NCBI GenBank assembly: GCA_032718475.1
Contig: JAUCBJ010000938.1
Span: 1 to 64,000, forward strand
Reading direction: 5' to 3'
Source: Nemertoderma westbladi
Taxonomy: Eukaryota > Animalia > Xenacoelomorpha
Length of the DNA stretch: 64,000 nt
The position numbers and the translations under genes are program-made. This document shows positions 50,301-62,300 of the stretch, piece by piece (position 1 is the first letter of the stretch; each line of letters starts with the position of its first letter). The notes beneath the pieces are model-generated. The model saw nothing but the letters and a program-made list of their open reading frames with translations. It ran no database searches and was not told the DNA's origin.

Positions 50301-53300
50301 GAGACTAGCTGAGGGGTTCCTGGCCAATGTATCCTATAGAGACTAGCTGAGGGGTTCCTGGCCAATGTATCCTATAGTGACTAGCTGAGAGGTTCCTGAC
50401 CAATTGATTTTATAGATACTAGCTTAGAGGTTCCTGGCCAATGTATCCTATAGAGACTAGCTGAGGGGTTCCTGGCCAATGTATCCTATAGAGACTAGCT
50501 GAGGGGTTCCTGACCAATTGATTTTATAGATACTAGCTTAGAGGTTCCTGGCCAATGGATCCTATAAAGACTAGCTGAGGGTTTCCTGGCCAATGTATCC
50601 TATAGAGACTAGCTGAGGGGTTCCTGGCCAATGTATCCTATAGAGACTAGCTGAGGGGTTCCTGACCAATTGATTTTATAGATACTAGCTTAGAGGTTCC
50701 TGGCCAATGTATCCTATAGAGACTAGCTGAGGGGTTCCTGGCCAATGTATCCTATAGAGACTAGCTGAGGGGTTCCTGACCAATTGATTTTATAGATACT
50801 AGCTTAGAGGTTCCTGGCCAATGGATCCTATAAAGACTAGCTGAGGGTTTCCTGGCCAATGTATCCTATAGAGACTAGCTGAGGGGTTCCTGGCCAATGT
50901 ATCCTATAGAGACTAGCTGAGGGGTTCCTGGCCAATGTATCCTATAGAGACTAGCTGAGGGGTTCCTGACCAATTGATTTTATAGATACTAGCTTAGAGG
51001 TTCCTGGCCAATGTATCCTATAGAGACTAGCTGAGGGTTCCTGGCCAATGGATCCTATAGAGACTAGCTGAGGGGTTCCTGGCCAATGTATCCTATAGAG
51101 ACTAGCTGAGGGGTTCCTGACCAATTGATTTTATAGATACTAGCTTAGAGGTTCCTGGCCAATGTATCCTATAGAGACTAGCTGAGGGGTTCCTGACCAA
51201 TTGATTTTATAGATACTAGCTTAGAGGTTCATGGCCAATGTATCCTATAGAGACTAGCTGAGGGGTTCCTGGCCAATGTATCCTATAGAGACTAGCTGAG
51301 GGGTTCCTGGCCAATGTATCCTATAGAGACTAGCTGAGGGGTTCCTGGCCAATGTATCCTATAGAGACTAGCTGAGGGGTTCCTGGCCAATGTATCCTAT
51401 AGAGACTAGCTGAGGGGTTCCTGGCCAATGTATCCTATAGAGACTAGCTGAGGGGTTCCTGACCAATTGATTTTATAGATACTAGCTTAGAGGTTCCTGG
51501 CCAATGGATCCTATAAAGACTAGCTGAGGGTTTCCTGGCCAATGTATCCTATAGAGACTAGCTGAGGGGTTCCTGGCCAATGTATCCTATAGAGACTAGC
51601 TGAGGGGTTCCTGGCCAAGTATCCTATAGAGACTAGCTTAGGGGTTCCTGACCAATTGATTTTATAGATACTAGCTTAGAGGTTCCTGGCCAATGGATCC
51701 TATAAAGACTAGCTGAGGGTTTCCTGGCCAATGTATCCTATAGAGACTAGCTGAGGGGTTCCTGGCCAATGTATCCTATAGAGACTAGCTGAGGGGTTCC
51801 TGACCAATTGATTTTATAGATACTAGCTTAGAGGTTCCTGGCCAATGTATCCTATAGAGACTAGCTGAGGGGTTCCTGGCCAATGGATCCTTTAGAGACT
51901 AGCTGATGGTTTCCTGACCAATGTATCCTATAGAGACTAGCTGATGGTTTCCTGACCAATGTATCCTATAGAGACTAGCTGAGGGGTTCCTGGCCAATGG
52001 ATCCTATAGAGACTAGCTGAGGGTTTCCTGGCCAATGTATCCTATAGAGACTAGCTGAGGGGTTCCTGGCCAATGGATCCTATAGAGACTAGCTGAGGGT
52101 TTCCTGGCCAATGTATCCTATAGAGACTAGCTGAGGGGTTCCTGGCCAATGGATCCTATAGAGACTAGCTGAGGGTTTCCTGGCCAATGTATCCTATAGA
52201 GACTAGCTGAGGGGTTCCTGGCCAATGTATCCTATAGAGACTAGCTGAGAGGTTCCTGGCCAATGTATCCTATAGAGACTAGCTGAGGGTTTCCTGGCCA
52301 ATGTATCCTATAGAGACTAGCTGAGGGGTTCCTGGCCAATGGATCCTATAGAGACTAGCTGAGGGTTTCCTGGCCAATGTATCCTATAGAGAGTAGCTTA
52401 GAGGTTCCTGGCCAATGTATCCTATAGAGACTAGCTGAGAGGTTCCTGGCCAATGTATCCTATAAAGACTAGCTGAGGGTTTCCTGGCCAATGTATCCTA
52501 TAGAGACTAGCTGAGAGGTTCCTGGCCAATGTATCCTATAGAGACTAGCTGAGGGTTCCTGGCCAATGGATCCTATAAAGACTAGCTGAGGGTTTCCTGG
52601 CCAATGTATCCTATAGAGACTAGCTGAGAGGTTCCTGGCCAATGTATCCTATAGAGACTAGCTGAGGGGTTCCTGGCCAATGGATCCTATAAAGACTAGC
52701 TGAGGGTTTCCTGGCCAATGTATCCTATAGAGACTAGCTGAGAGGTTCCTGGCCAATGTATCCTATAGAGACTAGCTGAGAGGTTCCTGGCCAATGGATC
52801 CTATAGAGACTAGCTGAGGGGTTCCTGGCCAATGATCCTATAGAGACTAGCTGAGAGGTTCCTGGCCAATGTATCCTATAGAGACTAGCTGAGGGGTTCC
52901 TGGCCAATGTATCCTATAGAGACTAGCTGAGAGGTTCCTGGCCAATGTATCCTATAGAGACTAGCTGAGGGGTTCCTGGCCAATGTATCCTATAGAGACT
53001 AGCTGAGGGGTTCCTGGCCAATGTATCCTATAGAGACTAGCTGAGGGTTTCCTGGCCAATGTATCCTATAGAGACTAGCTGAGGGTTTCCTGGCCAATGG
53101 ATCCTATAGAGACTAGCTGAGAGGTTCCTGGCCAATGGATCCTATAGAGACTAGCTGAGGGTTTCCTGGCCAATGTATCCTATAGAGACTAGCTGAGGGG
53201 TTCCTGACCAATTGATTTTATAGATACTAGCTTAGAGGTTCCTGGCCAATGGATCCTATAAAGACTAGCTTAGGGGTTCCTGGCCAATGTATCCTATAGA

Positions 53301-56300
53301 GACTAGCTGAGGGGTTCCTGGCCAATGTATCCTATAGAGACTAGCTGAGAGGTTCCTGGCCAATGGATCCTATAAAGACTAGCTGAGGGGTTCCTGGCCA
53401 ATGTATCCTATAGAGACTAGCTGAGGGGTTCCTGGCCAATGTATCCTATAGAGACTAGCTGAGAGGTTCCTGGCCAATGGATCCTATAGAGACTAGCTGA
53501 GAGGTTCCTGGCCAATGGATCCTATAAAGACTAGCTGAGGGTTTCCTGGCCAATGTATCCTATAGAGACTAGCTGAGAGGTTCCTGGCCAATGTATCCTA
53601 TAGAGACTAGCTGAGGGGTTCCTGGCCAATGTATCCTATAGAGACTAGCTGAGAGGTTCCTGGCCAATGTATCCTATAGAGACTAGCTGAGAGGTTCCTG
53701 GCCAATGGATCCTATAGAGACTAGCTGAGGGTTTCCTGGCCAATGTATCCTATAGAGACTAGCTGAGGGGTTCCTGGCCAATGTATCCTATAGAGACTAG
53801 CTGAGGGGTTCCTGGCCAATGGATCCTATAGAGACTAGCTGAGGGGTTCCTGGCCAATGTATCCTATAGAGACTAGCTGAGAGGTTCCTGACCAATTGAT
53901 TTTATAGATACTAGCTTAGAGGTTCCTGGCCAATGTATCCTATAGAGACTAGCTGAGGGGTTCCTGGCCAATGTATCCTATAGAGACTAGCTGAGGGGTT
54001 CCTGACCAATTGATTTTATAGATACTAGCTTAGAGGTTCCTGGCCAATGTATCCTATAGAGACTAGCTGAGGGGTTCCTGGCCAATGTATCCTATAGAGA
54101 CTAGCTGAGGGGTTCCTGACCAATTGATTTTATAGATACTAGCTTAGAGGTTCCTGGCCAATGGATCCTATAAAGACTAGCTGAGGGGTTCCTGGCCAAT
54201 GTATCCTATAGAGACTAGCTGAGGGGTTCCTGGCCAATGTATCCTATAGAGACTAGCTGAGGGGTTCCTGACCAATTGATTTTATAGATACTAGCTTAGA
54301 GGTTCCTGGCCAATGGATCCTATAAAGACTAGCTGAGGGTTTCCTGGCCAATGTATCCTATAGAGACTAGCTGAGGGGTTCCTGGCCAATGTATCCTATA
54401 GAGACTAGCTGAGGGGTTCCTGACCAATTGATTTTATAGATACTAGCTTAGAGGTTCCTGGCCAATGTATCCTATAGAGACTAGCTGAGGGGTTCCTGGC
54501 CAATGGATCCTTTAGAGACTAGCTGATGGTTTCCTGACCAATGTATCCTATAGAGACTAGCTGATGGTTTCCTGACCAATGTATCCTATAGAGACTAGCT
54601 GAGGGGTTCCTGGCCAATGTATCCTATAGAGACTAGCTGAGGGGTTCCTGGCCAATGTATCCTATAGAGACTAGCTGAGGGGTTCCTGACCAATTGATTT
54701 TATAGATACTAGCTTAGAGGTTCCTGGCCAATGTATCCTATAGAGACTAGCTGAGGGGTTCCTGGCCAATGGATCCTTTAGAGACTAGCTGAGGGTTTCC
54801 TGGCCAATGTATCCTATAGAGACTAGCTGAGGGTTTCCTGACCAATGTATCCTATAGAGACTAGCTGATGGTTTCCTGACCAATGTATCCTATAGAGACT
54901 AGCTGAGGGGTTCCTGGCCAATGTATCCTATAGAGACTAGCTGAGGGGTTCCTGACCAATTGATTTTATAGATACTAGCTTAGAGGTTCCTGGCCAATGT
55001 ATCCTATAGAGACTAGCTGAGGGGTTCCTGGCCAATGTATCCTATAGAGACTAGCTGATGGTTTCCTGACCAATGTATCCTATAGAGACTAGCTGATGGT
55101 TTCCTGACCAATGTATCCTATAGAGACTAGCTGAGGGGTTCCTGGCCAATGTATCCTATAGAGACTAGCTGAGGGGTTCCTGGCCAATGTATCCTATAGA
55201 GACTAGCTGATGGTTTCCTGACCAATGTATCCTATAGAGACTAGCTGATGGTTTCCTGACCAATGTATCCTATAGAGACTAGCTGAGGGGTTCCTGGCCA
55301 ATGTATCCTATAGAGACTAGCTGAGGGGTTCCTGGCCAATGTATCCTATAGAGACTAGCTGATGGGTTCCTGGCCAATGTATCCTATAGAGACTAGCTGA
55401 GGGTTTCCTGGCCAATGTATCCTATAGAGACTAGCTGAGAGGTTCCTGGCCAATGTATCCTATAGAGACTAGCTGAGGGGTTCCTGGCCAATGTATCCTA
55501 TAGAGACTAGCTGAGAGGTTCCTGGCCAATGTATCCTATAGAGACTAGCTGAGAGGTTCCTGGCCAATGTATCCTATAGAGACTAGCTGAGGGGTTCCTG
55601 GCCAATGTATCCTATAGAGACTAGCTGAGGGTTTCCTGGCCAATGTATCCTATAGAGACTAGCTGAGGGGTTCCTGGCCAATGTATCCTATAGAGACTAG
55701 CTGAGGGTTTCCTGGCCAATGGATCCTATAGAGACTAGCTGAGAAGTTCCTGGCCAATGTATCCTATAGAGACTAGCTGAGGGTTTCCTGGCCAATGGAT
55801 CCTATAGAGACTAGCTGAGGGGTTCCTGGCCAATGTATCCTATAAAGACTAGCTGAGAGGTTCCTGGCCAATGTATCCTATAGAGACTAGCTGAGAGGTT
55901 CCTGGCCAATGGATCCTATAGAGACTAGCTGAGGGTTTCCTGGCCAATGTATCCTATAGAGACTAGCTGAGGGGTTCCTGGCCAATGGATCCTATAGAGA
56001 CTAGCTGAGAGGTTCCTGGCCAATGTATCCTATAGAGACTAGCTGAGAGGTTCCTGGCCAATGTATCCTATAGAGACTAGCTGAGAGGTTCCTGGCCAAT
56101 GTATCCTATAGAGACTAGCTGAGAGGTTCCTGGCCAATGTATCCTATAGAGACTAGCTGAGGGGTTCCTGGCCAATGGATCCTATAAAGACTAGCTGAGG
56201 GGTTCCTGGCCAATGTATCCTATAGAGACTAGCTGAGAGGTTCCTGGCCAATGTATCCTATAGAGACTAGCTGAGAGGTTCCTGGCCAATGTATCCTATA

Positions 56301-59300
56301 GAGACTAGCTGAGAGGTTCCTGGCCAATGTATCCTATAGAGACTAGCTGAGAGGTTCCTGGCCAATGTATCCTATAGAGACTAGCTGAGAGGTTCCTGGC
56401 CAATGTATCCTATAGAGACTAGATGAGGGGTTCCTGGCCAATGTATCCTATAGAGACTAGCTGAGGGTTTCCTGGCCAATGTATCCTATAGAGACTAGCT
56501 GATGGTTTCCTGACCAATGTATCCTATAGAGACTAGCTGAGGGTTTCCTGGCCAATGTATCCTATAGAGAGTAGCTTAGAGGTTCCTGGCCAATGTATCC
56601 TATAGAGACTAGCTGAGGGGTTCCTGGCCAATGTATCCTATAGAGACTAGCTGAGGGGTTCCTGGCCAATGTATCCTATAGAGACTAGCTGAGAGGTTCC
56701 TGACCAATGTATCCTATAGAGACTAGCTGAGGGTTTCCTGGCCAATGTATCCTATAGAGAGTAGCTTAGAGGTTCCTGACCAATGTATCCTATAGAGACT
56801 AGCTGAGGGTTTCCTGGCCAATGTATCCTATAGAGAGTAGCTTAGAGGTTCCTGACCAATGTATCCTATAGAGACTAGCTGAGGGGTTCCTGGCCAATGT
56901 ATCCTATAGAGACTAGCTGAGGGTTTCCTGGCCAATGTATCCTATAGAGACTAGCTGAGGGGTTCCTGGCCAATGGATCCTATAGAGACTAGCTGAGAGG
57001 TTCCTGGCCAATGTATCCTATAGAGACTAGCTGAGGGGTTCCTGACCAATTGATTTTATAGATACTAGCTTAGAGGTTCCTGGCCAATGGATCCTATAAA
57101 GACTAGCTGAGGGTTTCCTGGCCAATTTATCCTATAGAGACTAGCTGAGGGGTTCCTGGCCAATGTATCCTATAGAGACTAGCTGAGGGGTTCCTGGCCA
57201 ATGTATCCTATAGAGACTAGCTGAGGGGTTCCTGACCAATTGATTTTATAGATACTAGCTTAGAGGTTCCTGGCCAATGTATCCTATAGAGACTAGCTTA
57301 GAGGTTCCTGGCCAATGGATCCTATAGAGACTAGTTGAGGGGTTCCTGGCCAATGTATCCTATAGAGACTAGCTGAGGGGTTCCTGACCAATTGATTTTA
57401 TAGATACTAGCTTAGAGGTTCCTGGCCAATGTATCCTATAGAGACTAGCTGAGGGGTTCCTGACCAATTGATTTTATAGATACTAGCTTAGAGGTTCCTG
57501 GCCAATGTATCCTATAGAGACTAGCTGAGAGGTTCCTGGCCAATGGATCCTATAAAGACTAGCTGAGGGGTTCCTGGCCAATGTATCCTATAGAGACTAG
57601 CTGAGAGGTTCCTGGCCAATGGATCCTATAGAGACTAGCTGAGAGGTTCCTGGCCAATGTATCCTATAGAGACTAGCTGAGAGGTTCCTGGCCAATGTAT
57701 CCTATAGAGACTAGCTGAGAGGTTCCTGGCCAATGTATCCTATAGAGACTAGCTGAGAGGTTCCTGGCCAATGTATCCTATAGAGACTAGATGAGGGGTT
57801 CCTGGCCAATGTATCCTATAGAGACTAGCTGAGGGGTTCCTGGCCAATGTATCCTATAGAGACTAGCTGAGAGGTTCCTGACCAATGTATCCTATAGAGA
57901 CTAGCTGAGGGTTTCCTGGCCAATGTATCCTATAGAGACTAGCTGAGGGTTTCCTGGCCAATGTATCCTATAGAGACTAGCTGAGGGTTCCTGGCCAATT
58001 GTATCCTATAGAGACTAGCTGAGGGGTTCCTGGCCAATGTATCCTATAGAGACTAGCTGAGGGGTTCCTGGCCAATGTATCCTATAGAGACTAGCTGAGA
58101 GGTTCCTGACCAATGTATCCTATAGAGACTAGCTGAGGGTTTCCTGGCCAATGTATCCTATAGAGAGTAGCTTAGAGGTTCCTGACCAATGTATCCTATA
58201 GAGACTAGCTGAGGGGTTCCTGGCCAATGTATCCTATAGAGACTAGCTGAGGGTTTCCTGGCCAATGTATCCTATAGAGACTAGCTGAGGGGTTCCTGGC
58301 CAATGTATCCTATAGAGACTAGCTGAGGGTTTCCTGGCCAATGGATCCTATAGAGACTAGCTGAGGGGTTCCTGACCAATTGATTTTATAGATACTAGCT
58401 TAGAGGTTCCTGGCCAATGGATCCTATAAAGACTAGCTGAGGGTTTCCTGGCCAATTTATCCTATAGAGACTAGCTGAGGGGTTCCTGGCCAATGTATCC
58501 TATAGAGACTAGCTGAGAAGTTCCTGGCCAATGTATCCTATAGAGACTAGCTGAGGGGTTCCTGACCAATTGATTTTATAGATACTAGCTTAGAGGTTCC
58601 TGGCCAATGGATCCTATAAAGACTAGCTGAGGGTTTCCTGGCCAATTTATCCTATAGAGACTAGCTGAGGGGTTCCTGGCCAATGTATCCTATAGAGACT
58701 AGCTGAGGGGTTCCTGGCCAATGTATCCTATAGAGACTAGCTGAGGGGTTCCTGACCAATTGATTTTATAGATACTAGCTTAGAGGTTCCTGGCCAATGT
58801 ATCCTATAGAGACTAGCTTAGAGGTTCCTGGCCAATGGATCCTATAGAGACTAGTTGAGGGGTTCCTGGCCAATGTATCCTATAGAGACTAGCTGAGGGG
58901 TTCCTGACCAATTGATTTTATAGATACTAGCTTAGAGGTTCCTGGCCAATGTATCCTATAGAGACTAGCTGAGGGGTTCCTGACCAATTGATTTTATAGA
59001 TACTAGCTTAGAGGTTCATGGCCAATGTATCCTATAGAGACTAGCTGAGGGTTTCCTGGCCAATGTATCCTATAGAGACTAGCTGAGGGGTTCCTGGCCA
59101 ATGTATCCTATAGAGACTAGCTTAGGGGTTCCTGACCAATGGATCCTATAGAGACTAGCTGAGGGGTTCCTGGCCAATGTATCCTATAGAGACTAGCTGA
59201 GGGGTTCCTGACCAATTGATTTTATAGATACTAGCTTAGAGGTTCCTGGCCAATGTATCCTATAGAGACTAGCTGAGGGGTTCCTGGCCAATGGATCCTT

Positions 59301-62300
59301 TAGAGACTAGCTGATGGTTTCCTGACCAATGTATCCTATAGAGACTAGATGATGGTTTCCTGACCAATGTATCCTATAGAGACTAGCTGAGGGGTTCCTG
59401 GCCAATGGATCCTATAAAGACTAGCTGAGGGTTTCCTGGCCAATGTATCCTATAGAGACTAGCTGAGGGGTTCCTGGCCAATGGATCCTATAAAGACTAG
59501 CTGAGGGTTTCCTGGCCAATGTATCCTATAGAGACTAGCTGAGGGGTTCCTGGCCAATGGATCCTATAAAGACTAGCTGAGGGTTTCCTGGCCAATGTAT
59601 CCTATAGAGACTAGCTGAGGGGTTCCTGGCCAATGTATCCTATAGAGACTAGCTGAGAGGTTCCTGGCCAATGGATCCTATAAAGACTAGCTGAGGGTTT
59701 CCTGGCCAATGTATCCTATAGAGACTAGCTGAGGGGTTCCTGGCCAATGGATCCTATAAAGACTAGCTGAGGGTTTCCTGGCCAATGTATCCTATAGAGA
59801 GTAGCTTAGAGGTTCCTGGCCAATGTATCCTATAGAGACTAGCTGAGAGGTTCCTGGCCAATGGATCCTATAAAGACTAGCTGAGGGTTTCCTGGCCAAT
59901 GTATCCTATAGAGAGTAGCTTAGAGGTTCCTGGCCAATGTATCCTATAGAGACTAGCTGAGAGGTTCCTGGCCAATGGATCCTATAAAGACTAGCTGAGG
60001 GTTTCCTGGCCAATGTATCCTATAGAGACTAGCTTAGAGGTTCCTGGCCAATGTATCCTATAGAGACTAGCTGAGGGGTTCCTGGCCAATGGATCCTATA
60101 AAGACTAGCTGAGGGTTTCCTGGCCAATGTATCCTATAGAGACTAGCTGAGGGGTTCCTGGCCAATGTATCCTATAGAGACTAGCTGAGGGGTTCCTGGC
60201 CAATGTATCCTATAGAGACTAGCTGAGGGTTTCCTGGCCAATGTATCCTATAGAGACTAGCTGATGGTTTCCTGGCCAATGGATCCTATAGAGACTAGCT
60301 GAGAGGTTCCTGGCCAATGTATCCTATAGAGACTAGCTGAGGGGTTCCTGGCCAATGTATCCTATAGAGACTAGCTGAGGGGTTCCTGGCCAATGTATCC
60401 TATAGAGACTAGCTGAGGGGTTCCTGGCCAATGTATCCTATAGAGACTAGCTGAGGGGTTCCTGGCCAATGTATCCTATAGAGACTAGCTGAGGGTTTCC
60501 TGGCCAATGTATCCTATAGAGACTAGCTGAGGGTTTCCTGGCCAATGTATCCTATAGAGACTAGCTGATGGTTTCCTGGCCAATGGATCCTATAGAGACT
60601 AGCTGAGAGGTTCCTGGCCAATGGATCCTATAAAGACTAGCTGAGGGTTTCCTGGCCAATGTATCCTATAGAGACTAGCTGAGGGGTTCCTGACCAATTG
60701 ATTTTATAGATACTAGCTTAGAGGTTCCTGGCCAATGGATCCTATAAAGACTAGCTTAGGGGTTCCTGGCCAATGTATCCTATAGAGACTAGCTGAGGGG
60801 TTCCTGGCCAATGTATCCTATAGAGACTAGCTGAGAGGTTCCTGGCCAATGGATCCTATAAAGACTAGCTTAGGGGTTCCTGGCCAATGTATCCTATAGA
60901 GACTAGCTGAGGGGTTCCTGGCCAATGTATCCTATAGAGACTAGCTGAGATGTTCCTGGCCAATGGATCCTATAAAGACTAGCTGAGGGTTTCCTGGCCA
61001 ATGTATCCTATAGAGACTAGCTGAGGGGTTCCTGGCCAATGTATCCTATAGAGACTAGCTGAGATGTTCCTGGCCAATGGATCCTATAAAGACTAGCTGA
61101 GGGTTTCCTGGCCAATGTATCCTATAGAGACTAGCTGAGGGGTTCCTGGCCAATGTATCCTATAGAGACTAGCTGAGGGGTTCCTGGCCAATGTATCCTA
61201 TAGAGACTAGCTGAGGGGTTCCTGGCCAATGTATCCTATAGTGAATAGCTGAGAGGTTCCTGACCAATTGATTTTATAGATACTAGCTTAGAGGTTCCTG
61301 GCCAATGTATCCTATAGAGACTAGCTGAGGGGTTCCTGGCCAATGTATCCTATAGAGACTAGCTGAGGGGTTCCTGACCAATTGATTTTATAGATACTAG
61401 CTTAGAGGTTCCTGGCCAATGGATCCTATAAAGACTAGCTGAGGGTTTCCTGGCCAATGTATCCTATAGAGACTAGCTGAGGGGTTCCTGGCCAATGTAT
61501 CCTATAGAGACTAGCTGAGGGGTTCCTGACCAATTGATTTTATAGATACTAGCTTAGAGGTTCCTGGCCAATGTATCCTATAGAGACTAGCTGAGGGGTT
61601 CCTGGCCAATGTATCCTATAGAGACTAGCTGAGGGGTTCCTGACCAATTGATTTTATAGATACTAGCTTAGAGGTTCCTGGCCAATGGATCCTATAAAGA
61701 CTAGCTGAGGGTTTCCTGGCCAATGTATCCTATAGAGACTAGCTGAGGGGTTCCTGGCCAATGTATCCTATAGAGACTAGCTGAGGGGTTCCTGGCCAAT
61801 GTATCCTATAGAGACTAGCTGAGGGGTTCCTGACCAATTGATTTTATAGATACTAGCTTAGAGGTTCCTGGCCAATGTATCCTATAGAGACTAGCTGAGG
61901 GGTTCCTGGCCAATGGATCCTTTAGAGACTAGCTGATGGTTTCCTGACCAATGTATCCTATAGAGACTAGCTGATGGTTTCCTGACCAATGTATCCTATA
62001 GAGACTAGCTGAGGGGTTCCTGGCCAATGTATCCTATAGAGACTAGCTGAGGGGTTCCTGGCCAATGTATCCTATAGAGACTAGCTGAGAGGTTCCTGGC
62101 CAATGTATCCTATAGAGACTAGCTGAGGGGTTCCTGACCAATGTATCCTATAGAGACTAGCTGAGAGGTTCCTGGCCAATGGATCCTATAGAGACTAGCT
62201 GAGGGGTTCCTGGCCAATGTATCCTATAGAGACTAGCTGAGGGGTTCCTGACCAATTGATTTTATAGATACTAGCTTAGAGGTTCCTGGCCAATGTATCC

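Noticed and set aside
43240-58005. Isolated 37- or 39-bp monomers (about 43246, 51035, 51617, 52553, 52833, 57985, 58000)
   Set aside because: These are single-base indels, mostly in homopolymers and not propagated in duplicated blocks. They are probably sequencing or consensus errors rather than biology.
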